Assembly (NCBI GenBank): GCA_965658655.1
Contig: CBFHTA010000001.1
Location: 232,722 to 296,721, forward strand
Reading direction: 5' to 3'
Length of the DNA: 64,000 nucleotides
DNA from: Candidatus Babelota bacterium
GTDB lineage: Bacteria; Babelota; Babeliae; Babelales; CAIQNR01
In this document: piece by piece, positions 1 to 10,352 of the stretch
Layout: every line of letters starts with the position of its first letter
Numbering within the stretch: position 1 is the stretch's first letter
Notes under the pieces: generated by a model
The model's input: the letters and a program-made list of their open reading frames with translations, nothing else
Told to the model about the DNA's origin: nothing
The model's database searches: none
Made by a program: the position numbers and the translations under genes

Positions 1-548
1 AGAATAATATTGGCTGCTTTAAGTTCTTTAAATAGAGCATTTTCTGTATCACCAAATGCTGCTGCTAAACCTTCTGTTATAAGTCTTTGTGCCATAAGAA
101 GGCCGTTGAGGTATTGTCCAGGAAGAGACCAGGCATTGTTCACTAAGATATTTGCAGCTTTTGCTAATGCAGCTTGATCGTTAAACCGAGTAACCTTATC
201 ATCAACAGTCATTTCATCTGATAATCGAATAAAGTTTTCAAGTGCTTTTTCTTTTTCTTCTAGTGTAGATTTCTTAGGAGTCTTAATCACTTCAGATAAT
301 GTTTGGAAAATAGGTAACATCTTTTTGCCCTGAGGACGAGGATCTTTTTCTGCCCAAGCACTAGCACTATCGAAGAATTCCCATATTATTTTTCCTTCTG
401 TTTTATCAGCAGCAATCTCAAGAGCTTTAGCAACTACGCGCAAGTAAGGCTTAGTTTTTGGTAAAGTTTTTTCTTTAGCTATTGCATTTTGCCCTACTAC
501 AAGGCTGGTTGCGAACAATACTCCAAATGTAATTTTTTTGTTGATCAT
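1..548 (-). CDS. Secreted hypothetical protein, 3' end outside the window
   Basis: Read manually (not in ORF track): ATG at 548, MINKKITFGVLFATSLVVGQNAIAKEK..., signal-peptide-like, purine-rich SD upstream. Confidence 0.75.
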   Translation of the reverse strand, partial: MINKKITFGVLFATSLVVGQNAIAKEKTLPKTKPYLRVVAKALEIAADKTEGKIIWEFFDSASAWAEKDPRPQGKKMLPIFQTLSEVIKTPKKSTLEEKEKALENFIRLSDEMTVDDKVTRFNDQAALAKAANILVNNAWSLPGQYLNGLLMAQRLITEGLAAAFGDTENALFKELKAANII

Positions 549-618
549 GGAATACCCTTTCCTAAAGGAGCGTTAAACATTTTATGTAAGGGTAGTTATA
601 TATCGATCAATGTCAATA

Positions 619-1752
619 CTAGCTTAGAATGACTGTATCCGTTATGAGTCCATATTTATTTGCTCTAATCTTTGCTTCGGTTTCTAGCAATACTTCGGCT
701 AATCGCTCTACTTTGGTTTGCAATCCCGGTTCCTGTTCAGGAATTTGGAGCCATGTTAGGTTGTTTTCTTTGAGGTCAGATTTAATTTTTCCGCAGGTTT
801 CAAGAGATAGTTGGCTACCAACTAGTTCTAGAAAATAAGCATAGCGTTCAATTAAAGACCAGTATATATCATTGGCATCGAGCTCATCGGGAATTACTTT
901 TTTCTTATGAAGACGTTCAAGGGTGGAACCAATAGCTTTAAAAGAGTTCCAGGTTTGAGCTTGATCAGTTGGGGACCAGACAAGTTTGTCGCATGTGCTC
1001 GTTAACAATCGCAATAAAGTGAATCGAACTCGTTCTGGAGTTGAGTTTTCAACAGTAAGTTTAGTGCTTAGTTCTTTAGAAAGATCTTCAAAAAATTGCA
1101 TGGGCTGCTTTTGAAGGGAGGAGAATTTTGTCTTGAATGTTGAAGTGATGTGATCTTTGAGGCCATGCCAGAGAGGGGTTTCTTTTTGAGCAAGTTGATA
1201 TTCAAAGTAAGGAGAGGTTTGTAGAAGAAGCCTTTCAAAGGCCGGTGCACTTACATAAGAAGACATTTTAATTTTTTGATTAAAGAGTCGCAAAACTCCT
1301 TCTGTGAATTCGGGAGATTGGTTAGCTTGTTGACTGTATTCTATAAATTGGGCTAGGTGAGTAAAGTTGTGAGGTAAAAAATCTGTGCCATATTCTTTAC
1401 GATTAAATGTGTGCGCAAAGAATGAACTAATGCCATTATGAGTAAACTCAATGCGGTTAAAGAAAAGGTTTAATTTTTTTTCTGCGTCTTTGTTTGGTTG
1501 TTGGTGGGTAAAGCGAATAGGAGTTACTGTTGCGTTTGGTACAGAAAGATATTCATCAACTTCTTGTTTGGTTATTACTTTTGCTTGTTCTTTGGCTTTA
1601 GCTTTAGCTTCTCGAGCAAGTCTTCTTTTCTCGGCACGAGTCACTCTCTTTTTTATTTTTGGTTCAGATAATTGTTTTTTGTCTTCTTTTGCACTATGTA
1701 TAGAACTAGTACATATAAGTAGGCCTAAAAAAAATAAATGTGTTATTTTCAT
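619..1752 (-). CDS. Secreted hypothetical protein
   Basis: 377 aa ORF; signal peptide followed by Lys/Arg-rich segment. Confidence 0.8.
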   Translation of the reverse strand: MKITHLFFLGLLICTSSIHSAKEDKKQLSEPKIKKRVTRAEKRRLAREAKAKAKEQAKVITKQEVDEYLSVPNATVTPIRFTHQQPNKDAEKKLNLFFNRIEFTHNGISSFFAHTFNRKEYGTDFLPHNFTHLAQFIEYSQQANQSPEFTEGVLRLFNQKIKMSSYVSAPAFERLLLQTSPYFEYQLAQKETPLWHGLKDHITSTFKTKFSSLQKQPMQFFEDLSKELSTKLTVENSTPERVRFTLLRLLTSTCDKLVWSPTDQAQTWNSFKAIGSTLERLHKKKVIPDELDANDIYWSLIERYAYFLELVGSQLSLETCGKIKSDLKENNLTWLQIPEQEPGLQTKVERLAEVLLETEAKIRANKYGLITDTVILS

Positions 1753-1841
1753 ATCAGGTCCTTCGCTAAAGTGGTCAATTTATGTGTAGTGTACCATGAA
1801 ATTGGGTTTAACAGTAAGACTATGGATAAAAAGGTTGTTTA

Positions 1842-3056
1842 ATGGCTCTGTATACGTATCAAGCATTTTCTCGGGATGGCAAGAAAGCTAGCGGGCAGAT
1901 TGATGCTCCTTCATCAGGAGGTGCACGAGAATTATTGCAACGCAAAGGGCTTCTTCCTATTTCTATAGTTCCTGCAGCTCAAGCGGCACAAAAAGAATCT
2001 TTTTTTCAGCGGATTTTTTCTCGATCCGTTTCCCTGAAAGATAAAATTCTATTTACTAAACAGTTATCTGTACTTTTAAAATCTGGTATTCCCCTTCTTG
2101 CTTCTATCGAATTACTTCAAGATCAATTTGAAGGAAAAATGCATAGGGTGTTAATAACGCTTAAAGATGGTCTGAAAGAAGGACAATCTTTGGCCGATGG
2201 TATGAAACAGTATCCTCACATTTTTGAGAACATCTACGTACAACTTGTGCGAGCAGGTGAAGCAAGTGGCCGGTTAGAAGTTATCCTAGAACGGTTGACC
2301 GAATTTTTAGAGCGAAGAGAAGAGATTCAAAAGAAAGTAAGTAGTGCGTTGCGGTATCCACTTATTCAATTAGTACTTGTGAGTTGTGTAGTTGCTGGGC
2401 TTATGACTTTTGTTGTTCCTAAATTGGCCGGAGTGTTTGCCGATCAGGGTGGCTCGCTTCCTTTACCAACTCAAATTCTTATGACCATTTCTGATTTCTT
2501 TGTATATCACTATGGAATTCTTTTGGTGTCATTGATTAGTTCAATACTCCTTTTTTCTTATTGGAGTTCGACTCCCTCAGGAGCACTCTTGATGGATCGT
2601 ATTAAGTTACGTTTGCCAATTATAAAGTTATTTACTCGTATAGGAGCAATTGTTCAGTTTTCTAAAACGCTTGGAATGCTCTTAGAAGGAGGTGTTAATC
2701 TATCTCAATCGCTCGATATTGTATGTAGCATTGTAGATAATAGAGTATTGAAAAAAGCATTAGAAGAAGCGCGAGAAAAAATCATTAAAGAAGGTAAGAT
2801 TTCTCAGTATTTAAAACAAACCAACATTTTTCCTCCTATGGCTATTTATTTGATTCGCACAGGTGAAGAAAGTGGAAACTTGGATACTATGTTATTGAGT
2901 GTTGGTAAAACTTTCGAAGAAGATCTGTCTGAGTTAGCAGATACTTTGACAACGTTATTGAATCCTATTATTACTGTAGTTATGTCGTTGATTATTGGGT
3001 TTATTGTTATGGCAATTGCGCTTCCAATAATGAGTATGGGTAACTTAGTAATGTAA
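1842..3056 (+). CDS. gspF: Type II secretion inner-membrane platform protein GspF/PilC
   Basis: FTKQLSVLLKSGIPL, RAGEASGRL, GEESGNLD motifs; three TM segments. Confidence 0.95.
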   Translation: MALYTYQAFSRDGKKASGQIDAPSSGGARELLQRKGLLPISIVPAAQAAQKESFFQRIFSRSVSLKDKILFTKQLSVLLKSGIPLLASIELLQDQFEGKMHRVLITLKDGLKEGQSLADGMKQYPHIFENIYVQLVRAGEASGRLEVILERLTEFLERREEIQKKVSSALRYPLIQLVLVSCVVAGLMTFVVPKLAGVFADQGGSLPLPTQILMTISDFFVYHYGILLVSLISSILLFSYWSSTPSGALLMDRIKLRLPIIKLFTRIGAIVQFSKTLGMLLEGGVNLSQSLDIVCSIVDNRVLKKALEEAREKIIKEGKISQYLKQTNIFPPMAIYLIRTGEESGNLDTMLLSVGKTFEEDLSELADTLTTLLNPIITVVMSLIIGFIVMAIALPIMSMGNLVM

Positions 3057-3061
3057 TTTGT

Positions 3062-3499
3062 ATGAAAGGTATAAGTATGACTTCAAGTCTACAAAAAGGC
3101 TTTAGCTTGATGGAAATTATGATTGCCGTTGCAATCATGGGTATATTGGCTGGTGTTGGTATTCCAATGTATTCTTCTTATTTAAAAAATGCACGTATGA
3201 AAAGAACAGAAGGCACACTTGCACTCTTTAAAAATGAAATCAATCGGTATAATGCCGATACAGGTCGATATCCTCGTGCCTTAGATGATCTTGTTGATAA
3301 ACCAGATGCTGACAGTCCCTTAGCGAAGAAATGGCAAGGACCATACATTGATGTAAAGGGTGGAGGATTGCCAGAAGACGCTTGGGGACAAGATTTTATG
3401 TATGAATTAACGCCTGGAGGTGCGCATCCATATGAACTTTACTCTTATGGGCCTGATGGTGAAGATGCCCCAGAAGAAGACAGGATTAGTGCCTGGTAA
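3062..3499 (+). CDS. gspG: Major pseudopilin GspG
   Basis: Prepilin motif GFSLMEIM; YNADTGRYP, WQGPY, DAWG, LYSYGPDG. Confidence 0.95.
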   Translation: MKGISMTSSLQKGFSLMEIMIAVAIMGILAGVGIPMYSSYLKNARMKRTEGTLALFKNEINRYNADTGRYPRALDDLVDKPDADSPLAKKWQGPYIDVKGGGLPEDAWGQDFMYELTPGGAHPYELYSYGPDGEDAPEEDRISAW

Positions 3500-4064
3500 C
3501 ACAAAACCCGGATTTGGATTATTCGAGTTTTTAGTTGCGCTGGCAATATTGGGAGGATTGGCGTCTGTCGCTGTTCCCAATTATTTACGACAGCAAGCTG
3601 GTTATGAACGTAAAAAATTCGTAACCAGCCTTAATGCTTTAATGAGCGAAGTTTTCCAACTCGGGCTTATGAACGAAAAAATAGAACGCGTAAAGTTCAA
3701 TCTAAAGCAGCGAAGTGTAGCAGTAGAGCAAGAAACAGGCTTGTATACCGACGAAGGCTCAAAGGTCTTTAAACCTATTGTGCTGCACTATGTTGATACT
3801 AAGTATCGTTGGCCAGAAGCATTTGATTTTAAACAGTTTTTTGTAAAGCGTAAGGATGAAATGCTCGCTCGTGGAGCGCATGGTGAGACAGATGAAGTAT
3901 GGTTTTATGTAATGCCTTCGGGAATGGCACAAGAAGTTATTATTAACATTCTTGATACTAAGGATCAGTCGGTTGATAAAGACGGGACTGAAATAAGTTT
4001 GGTGCTGAATCCGTTTACCTTACAGTTTAGGAGGTATGATGAATTTCAAATTCCATCAGCGTAA
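3489..4064 (+). CDS. Minor pseudopilin, GspH-like
   Basis: GFGLFEFLV prepilin motif; follows gspG; GTG at 3489 taken as start (ORF extends to 3420). Confidence 0.8.
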   Translation: MPGNTKPGFGLFEFLVALAILGGLASVAVPNYLRQQAGYERKKFVTSLNALMSEVFQLGLMNEKIERVKFNLKQRSVAVEQETGLYTDEGSKVFKPIVLHYVDTKYRWPEAFDFKQFFVKRKDEMLARGAHGETDEVWFYVMPSGMAQEVIINILDTKDQSVDKDGTEISLVLNPFTLQFRRYDEFQIPSA

Positions 4065-4461
4065 CGGCTTTGCGCTTATGGAGGTCATGCTTGCTTTAGC
4101 CACTATTGGTATTTTATTAACTACGTTTATGATGGTGCAGACTAAAGTATTTAAGAATACCATGACAAGTTCTTTTCGTATTGATCGTTTTTATCATATT
4201 AAAAATATGTTTTTTGTTGTAAAAATAAAACCACTAGAAGATGAACAAACGGTTAGAGAACAAACAATTCAAGACCCTGCAATAAAGCTTCGTTACCATA
4301 AAAAGCCTGTTAATCCTAAGTCTGAACTGGCCCGCTTTACGGGTCTATTTCAAGAAGTGGCAACAGGAGAGTGGTATGAATGGGGCAAAGACAAAGAGTA
4401 TGACATTATAAGTTATCAATTTGATCCGCCTAAGAAGGAAGGAAAAGATGAAGCTTCGTAA
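4036..4461 (+). CDS. Minor pseudopilin, GspI-like
   Basis: GFALMEVM prepilin motif; size and gene order. Confidence 0.8.
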   Translation: MMNFKFHQRNGFALMEVMLALATIGILLTTFMMVQTKVFKNTMTSSFRIDRFYHIKNMFFVVKIKPLEDEQTVREQTIQDPAIKLRYHKKPVNPKSELARFTGLFQEVATGEWYEWGKDKEYDIISYQFDPPKKEGKDEAS

Positions 4462-5440
4462 TGGATTTGCTCTCTTAGAAGTTTTGTTTGCTATGATTAT
4501 TGGGTCAATGTTGTCCTTTATATTGTTTCAAAGTATAGGGTCGATGAGTAAAACTTATCAAAAAATTTATTCTGTTTCTTCTGTGCAGCGGCGGTTTACT
4601 TTAGTTCAGCAGCAGTTTGAACGAGACTTCTCTGGGGTTACTGCACCAAAAATTAGTTTACAAGATGAACGTGATCCAAATAAAAAAGAAAAATCTGGTG
4701 ACGACAAAAAAGAAGAAAAAAAAGCAGAAGTAAAAAGCGGTAAAGAAAAACCTAAAGAAAAAATATATCGAGTTCCTCACGTATTTTTTTCTAAAAATGA
4801 CACTAATGGTAACTGTGTAGAACTTACCTGCTTAACAACTAATCCTATAACCATGTATGGGCAACAAACGCCGCGGTTGGTACGAGTTGTTTACAGGTTG
4901 GAGCCAGATCCTGAACATAAAGGGCTCTGGCTATTAGCGCGTCAGCAGTCTGACAACCTTGATTTTGAGGCCTTTTCAGAAAAAGCCAAAGATGTTGTGA
5001 GGAAATTCACTATTTCTGATGGTATTGAGAAATTAAAAATTTCATTCTTGATTTCTCAAAAACCAGAAAAAGAATCTAAGTCGCTAACAGAAGAAAATAA
5101 AAAGTTAGCCAAAAAAGAAAAAAAGAAAAACGTTAAAGAAAAGAGAGAGTTTAAAGAAGTAAAAGATTGGCCTTATTTTGAAAATGAAGAAGAAGAGAAA
5201 AAAAGTAAACGTCCTTCTTATCCTACCCTTATTAAAGTTGAGATGACTTTCATTGATGAACAAAAACGGCCATCAAGTTTTGTAGTATGGTACGCGCCGC
5301 TTTATGATTTGGAACCAACATTTGTTGATAAGTCTGCAACACTACCATCGATGAGTGAGATGTACCATCAACGTTTCACTGAACAGCAACAGCGGAATAT
5401 GCAAGGAATGCAATATTCAATGAGGAAGCGTAATGGTTAA
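4448..5440 (+). CDS. Minor pseudopilin, GspJ-like, with Lys/Glu-rich insertions
   Basis: GFALLEVL prepilin motif; QQQFERDFS and LVRVVYRL resemble GspJ; ATG at 4448. Confidence 0.8.
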   Translation: MKLRNGFALLEVLFAMIIGSMLSFILFQSIGSMSKTYQKIYSVSSVQRRFTLVQQQFERDFSGVTAPKISLQDERDPNKKEKSGDDKKEEKKAEVKSGKEKPKEKIYRVPHVFFSKNDTNGNCVELTCLTTNPITMYGQQTPRLVRVVYRLEPDPEHKGLWLLARQQSDNLDFEAFSEKAKDVVRKFTISDGIEKLKISFLISQKPEKESKSLTEENKKLAKKEKKKNVKEKREFKEVKDWPYFENEEEEKKSKRPSYPTLIKVEMTFIDEQKRPSSFVVWYAPLYDLEPTFVDKSATLPSMSEMYHQRFTEQQQRNMQGMQYSMRKRNG

Positions 5441-6506
5441 AAAGGGATACATTTTATTTTTTACGATGATTATGTTGGCCATGGGAGCAGCACTGATTAC
5501 TCAAATTTTTTATATGGGCAATCTTTATAATTCTTATGTATCGATTACGCTCGATAGAGAACGTGCACGGCAACTTGCTTTGGGAGGTGTTTCGGTTGCT
5601 ATGTCTCAGTTAATGTTGCTAGATAAAAAGCTTTCTCCACCAAAAGAAGAAAAAAAAGATGGAGAAAAAGGAGAAGAACCAACGCGTGAAGAAAATAAAA
5701 AAAAATTGTTAGAAATAATGCTCCAGGTTCAAAATAAATGGCAAACATTTATACTAAAGCATGAAACCGATGGAATAGATGCAGAACTTAAAGTTTGTAT
5801 TTCTTGTGAAAATGGCAAAATAGATTGTAATAAATTTTATAATTATGAAATTCATAAATTTATTTCTCCTCAAGGCAAGGACACAGAAAAATTTTATAAA
5901 GTCTTAGGGGAAAAACTTGCGCCTTTATTGAAAGATAAAAATATTGCTGAGGAAGTAACCTCCTTTATTAGCACACAAAAAAGACCACTTTTAACACCAA
6001 CAGAATTCTTGAAAAACAAAAAATTGACACAAACTTTTGATAATCGCATCTTTTATACTCCTTCTGAATTATCTCAAGAGGAAAATGTTGATGAAGCGGC
6101 AAAGCCTCACCAACAGGTGTATTTAACAGACCTCTTTACTGTTCATGGAGAAAGTTTAATAAGTCTGTGGTCGATTTCTCCATCTTTACAGAAAGCGTTT
6201 GGACTCTATTCTGATAGAAAGATGACACCAAGCCTCGCAAAAGAAATTTTGAAACAGGTGAACGTGGCCGAGATCAAGGGGCCTGAAGATTTAAGTAAAG
6301 CATTACAAATTATTTATGGAGGGAAAAATAGTGCTTTACCAATAGAATTTCTTAACAGTTTAGGCCCAAAATTTGAGCCACGCCTGTTTTCTGTGCTATG
6401 TTATGCAAAAGTTGGAAGAGTAGGCCAAAAACTCCTCGCCCTCTTGGAAAAAGCACCAATGAAGGATGGGGAGATTATTAAAATGATAAAAGTTTATTGG
6501 ATTTGA
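5433..6506 (+). CDS. Pseudopilin, GspK-like
   Basis: KGYILF leader lacking Glu5, typical of GspK; ARQLALGGV and ENGKID motifs. Confidence 0.8.
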   Translation: MVKKGYILFFTMIMLAMGAALITQIFYMGNLYNSYVSITLDRERARQLALGGVSVAMSQLMLLDKKLSPPKEEKKDGEKGEEPTREENKKKLLEIMLQVQNKWQTFILKHETDGIDAELKVCISCENGKIDCNKFYNYEIHKFISPQGKDTEKFYKVLGEKLAPLLKDKNIAEEVTSFISTQKRPLLTPTEFLKNKKLTQTFDNRIFYTPSELSQEENVDEAAKPHQQVYLTDLFTVHGESLISLWSISPSLQKAFGLYSDRKMTPSLAKEILKQVNVAEIKGPEDLSKALQIIYGGKNSALPIEFLNSLGPKFEPRLFSVLCYAKVGRVGQKLLALLEKAPMKDGEIIKMIKVYWI

Positions 6507-6522
6507 GCGAAAAAAGGGAACG

Positions 6523-8181
6523 ATGCGAATTAATACGGAAACGAGTGTTGGTATATTTGTTCTCGGATCACTGGCAATCTTTTTTTATATGACCTTTCAA
6601 ATTGGAGTCTTCCGTTTAGATACCGGAAACTATAGGTCTCACCCAGTTTTTTTTGCTGATGTTTCGGGCCTTATTCCTAAATCAGATGTTAAAATTGCGG
6701 GTGTTAAAGTTGGTTGGGTTCAGGGTATTACGTTGATTGAAGGTGCCGATGAGTATCGTGCAAAAGCAACCATTATGCTTAATCGTCAATTCCAACTACA
6801 TTCCAATGCGTCTGCCACAGTTCGGCAAGATGGTCTTCTTGGAACTAAGTTTCTTGAATTAAACCCTGGAGATTCCTTGCTCCCCACTTTGAAAAAAGGA
6901 CAACCATTAGGTAATCCGGGTACAGCGCCAGCATCGGTGGATACACTTATTCAAAAGTTTGGGAAGATTGCAGATAACATAGAAGAGATTACTGATTCTG
7001 TTAAATCAACAATCGGCGGCGTTGACGGCAGAAACGAACTGAGAGAAACCTTTAAGAACATTAATGTTGCCGCAGAAAAAATTGCAAACTTCTCTAATAT
7101 TATCGACAGAATCGCATCTCGAAATGAAGAGGATGTGAATTCAATTGTAGGGGATATTCGTGAGTTTGCTCGTGAGCTACGTACTGGATTCCCGCCATTA
7201 CAAGAAGATATCAGACGTGTTGCTAATAAACTCGAAATTGATGTTCTTCCAGCTTTCAAAGAGAGTGTGGAGAAAATTTCAAAAGTCTTTGACCGTGACT
7301 TTGGTTCTGTAGCAGGCAAGCTCGAAAGTACTGCCGACGCCATTGAAGAGGCTGCATTGCAAACACGAGATGGTTTTAGAAGTATTGAGGCTGTCGCGGA
7401 TAAGATCAATGAAGGAAAAGGTCTTATTGGTAAGTTGGTTAACGAAGATCAAACCTATCAAGATCTAAAAGTTGCAGTACAAGGTCTTAAGAATTACTTC
7501 TCTAAAGTAGAGAGTTTGGGTATTGTATTCGATACTCATTTTGAAACTATGTATCGTCCGGCAGAGAACTTTAAGTTTAAAGATTCAAAAGGGTACGTCG
7601 ACATTCGAGTTCATCCAAATCAAGATCACTTCTATTTAATTCAGATGATGGGGTCACTCAAAGGAAAACTTAAGCGTACCGATGTTAAGTTAATTAAAAA
7701 AGATATAAATGGCATACCGCTGGACCCTGTTGCTATGGGTGTTTCCGTAGATGCGTTATGGCAATATCCAGCGCAGTATGAAGAAATCAAATGGGAACGT
7801 GACGCAGTTAAGTATGGGTTCCAGTTTGGTAAAACATTTAGAGAACTTGCATTTAGATTTGGTCTCTTTGAGGGCGCATTTGGTTTAGGTGTTGATTACG
7901 ATATTCCGTTTGGAACAGAGAATGTTCGTTGGGTTACTTCCTTTGAAGCGTTCGATTTCCGAGGTCGAGATCGTTATCTTGATGAACGTCCTCATCTTAA
8001 GTGGATTAACCGATTGTTCTTCCTACGTAATATCTACTTTGACTTTGGTGCCGATGACTTTATCAGTAAACATAACGCCAATGCGTTTATGGGTGTTGGT
8101 ATTCGTTTTGGTGATGATGATATTAAATACTTTGTTTCTCGTCTTGGCTTAAGTGGCAGCAACAATAGCGCTAACATGTGA
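6523..8181 (+). CDS. mlaD: Long MCE/MlaD-family protein with coiled coil and beta-rich C-terminal domain
   Basis: N-terminal TM; DVSGL..SDVKIAGVKVG and GLLGTKFLELNPG MlaD motifs. Confidence 0.9.
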   Translation: MRINTETSVGIFVLGSLAIFFYMTFQIGVFRLDTGNYRSHPVFFADVSGLIPKSDVKIAGVKVGWVQGITLIEGADEYRAKATIMLNRQFQLHSNASATVRQDGLLGTKFLELNPGDSLLPTLKKGQPLGNPGTAPASVDTLIQKFGKIADNIEEITDSVKSTIGGVDGRNELRETFKNINVAAEKIANFSNIIDRIASRNEEDVNSIVGDIREFARELRTGFPPLQEDIRRVANKLEIDVLPAFKESVEKISKVFDRDFGSVAGKLESTADAIEEAALQTRDGFRSIEAVADKINEGKGLIGKLVNEDQTYQDLKVAVQGLKNYFSKVESLGIVFDTHFETMYRPAENFKFKDSKGYVDIRVHPNQDHFYLIQMMGSLKGKLKRTDVKLIKKDINGIPLDPVAMGVSVDALWQYPAQYEEIKWERDAVKYGFQFGKTFRELAFRFGLFEGAFGLGVDYDIPFGTENVRWVTSFEAFDFRGRDRYLDERPHLKWINRLFFLRNIYFDFGADDFISKHNANAFMGVGIRFGDDDIKYFVSRLGLSGSNNSANM

Positions 8182-8997
8182 TGAACGAGACTTAGTGAAT
8201 CTATATTCTTTAGCCCAATCAAAGAACAGTGCTTTGAGATACGCAAGTCTCTCGAGCCTGTTTTTTGCAGTGACCTTCATGTTAGCGGTAGGTAAAAATC
8301 GAGTTAAACGCGCCTGCTTTGTTTTTTCTAGGGTCCATAAATAGTTCCGTAGAATGCGTGTTTCTTTGTTAATTTCATCGATAAACTTTGTCATAGGGTA
8401 CACGTGATCAGCAGGATTTTGATTATTGATATAGCGTGCTTGAATGTGTTCCATTAATTCTTCAGAAAGTTTAAAGCGTGGCAAGGTGATGAATTGTTCA
8501 AACGATATTTCGTGTTTCCAATTGCTCCAACTATTCTTGCTTGTAAGTATTCGTTTAGTTCTGTAAGAAATGAAGTAATATGCCCCATAGCCAGAAGCAA
8601 CTATAACAGCGGAGGCAAGAACTACATTCTTAAAGGTCAAAACCTTTATTGGTTCATGTGCTTTATTGAAAATTTCTTTAGTTTCAAAGTTTTCACCAAG
8701 ACTTTGTTGAGATAAAAATTGTGGATTATGTGCAGCATTAACATCTGTTTTCTGGCCTTTTTGATTTGCATCTGCTCTTTGATCTGCTCTTTGATCTGCT
8801 CTTTGATCTGCCTCGCTTTTAATTTCAGTTTGGCTTTCTGAGGTGAGGGTGGCGGAGGCGGTAGTTGAGCCACCTTGAATAATGGTGGGGCGAGAATCTT
8901 TATCAAAAATAAATTGTATAGATGGGCTTTGTGTTTGAGAAGAAAGGAGAGAAGGGGAGAAAATTAAGAGAAATACGAGTGCGCTGCGTTTTTTCAT
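8149..8997 (-). CDS. Hypothetical protein with signal peptide and one TM helix
   Basis: 282 aa ORF; ADQR repeats. Confidence 0.8.
   Translation of the reverse strand: MKKRSALVFLLIFSPSLLSSQTQSPSIQFIFDKDSRPTIIQGGSTTASATLTSESQTEIKSEADQRADQRADQRADANQKGQKTDVNAAHNPQFLSQQSLGENFETKEIFNKAHEPIKVLTFKNVVLASAVIVASGYGAYYFISYRTKRILTSKNSWSNWKHEISFEQFITLPRFKLSEELMEHIQARYINNQNPADHVYPMTKFIDEINKETRILRNYLWTLEKTKQARLTRFLPTANMKVTAKNRLERLAYLKALFFDWAKEYRFTKSRSSHVSAIVAAT
8771..8811. repeat. 12-bp tandem repeat (TCTGCTCTTTGA) x3.4 encoding ADQR
   Basis: Directly visible. Confidence 0.95.
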
Positions 8998-9093
8998 ATT
9001 AATATCCTAAAAGGGGTTTTAGTGATGTTGGACCATAGTAAAACACGATTTTAAAAAATCTGCAAATTTTAAAAAATGTAGTATTATAAAGGT

Positions 9094-9786
9094 ATGAATA
9101 ACAATACAAAAAAAGAACTTTTGCATTACTTTGCAAAGTTTGTAACCAAAAATAGACAAGAAAAAATAAAAAAAATTTTGCCGTTAAGGACGCGTCGTGT
9201 GGCTGTTGCTTTAGAAGATATTTATCAATCTTCTAATACTTCTGCCATTTTACGCACTTGTGATGGTCTTGGCGTCCAAGATGTGCATTGTATTGAGGGG
9301 CGAAATCCGTTTGATGTAAATGCGGGCATCTCACTTGGGGCAGCGAAATGGCTTACAGTGGATCGTTACCGCACAGAAGAAAATCAAACAAATAATGCTA
9401 CTCAAGAATGTATCGAGTCTTTGAAAAAAGAGGGATATAAAATTGTTGCTACTTCTCCGCATGCAACAAAAGCGATTTCAGACCTGCCTGTTGAAGATAA
9501 AACAATGTTTTTGTTTGGTGTAGAAGATGAAGGGCTCACAGAACAAGCTATTGATCTTGCAGATGAGGTAGTAGAAATTCCAATGTACGGTTTTGTAGAA
9601 AGTTTTAATGTATCCGTTAGTGTAGCGCTTTGTTTGTATGATTTTACTAGACGCTTAAGAAGCTCTGGTATAAGCTGGGAGCTGTCTGAAGAAGAGCAGC
9701 TTGACCTTGAAATTGACTGGATGCGAAATTCTGTAGAAAATGCAGATGCACTTGAACGACGATTTTTTGAAGATCAAAAAAAATAA
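9094..9786 (+). CDS. trmH: SpoU-family tRNA Gm18 methyltransferase, TrmH-like
   Basis: NTSAILRTCD, FGVEDEGL, IPMYGFVESFNVSVS. Confidence 0.85.
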   Translation: MNNNTKKELLHYFAKFVTKNRQEKIKKILPLRTRRVAVALEDIYQSSNTSAILRTCDGLGVQDVHCIEGRNPFDVNAGISLGAAKWLTVDRYRTEENQTNNATQECIESLKKEGYKIVATSPHATKAISDLPVEDKTMFLFGVEDEGLTEQAIDLADEVVEIPMYGFVESFNVSVSVALCLYDFTRRLRSSGISWELSEEEQLDLEIDWMRNSVENADALERRFFEDQKK

Positions 9787-9812
9787 ACTTATTAGGGATT
9801 GACGGAATTATC

Positions 9813-10325
9813 ATGAAAAAAATATTTTCAGCATTATTTGTTGTAACGTTTGCTCTTATGTGTGGAGATACAGAAGAACAAAAAAAATGGGAAATTAAAA
9901 TAGTATTGCAAGGAGAAAAAGACAAGGACACTAATTTCTTTTTAATGGCAGGGGAGACTGAGGGTGAGGCGTTTGGCTTCGATCCTAATAAGGTAGTATC
10001 AGCACACGTAAAGGCGGGAACAACAAAAACAGCAAAATACAAACTCTCTTCAAAGAAGGAAGTATTCGTTCAACGAGGATGTGACCAAGAGACACAGACA
10101 TTGTTGGGTCTTCCTCTAATGTATGGTCGCCTTGGAGTTCCATCTTTGCCGAATCCTTCGTTTATTGTATTTATGCTTCCTTTAAAGGATACACAACGTT
10201 ATAAAGCAGCCAGGGTAAGTCAACTAGAACCTATTTTTAAAGAAGAGTCAAACAAGCAGGATACGGATGCTATTGCTCGCTTTCCAGAGTCTACATTTTA
10301 TGTTGCGCTCAATGATCCAGAGTAA
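9813..10325 (+). CDS. Secreted hypothetical protein
   Basis: 170 aa; MKKIFSALFVVTFALMC leader. Confidence 0.75.
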   Translation: MKKIFSALFVVTFALMCGDTEEQKKWEIKIVLQGEKDKDTNFFLMAGETEGEAFGFDPNKVVSAHVKAGTTKTAKYKLSSKKEVFVQRGCDQETQTLLGLPLMYGRLGVPSLPNPSFIVFMLPLKDTQRYKAARVSQLEPIFKEESNKQDTDAIARFPESTFYVALNDPE

Positions 10326-10352
10326 CAACTCTGGTCTTTTGGTAGTAAAAAA

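Noticed and set aside
6951..7409. 152-aa antisense ORF in mlaD, and similar shadow ORFs (for example 49103..49612, 54267..54662, 9647..10042)
   Set aside because: Overlap well-supported genes and have no motifs of their own
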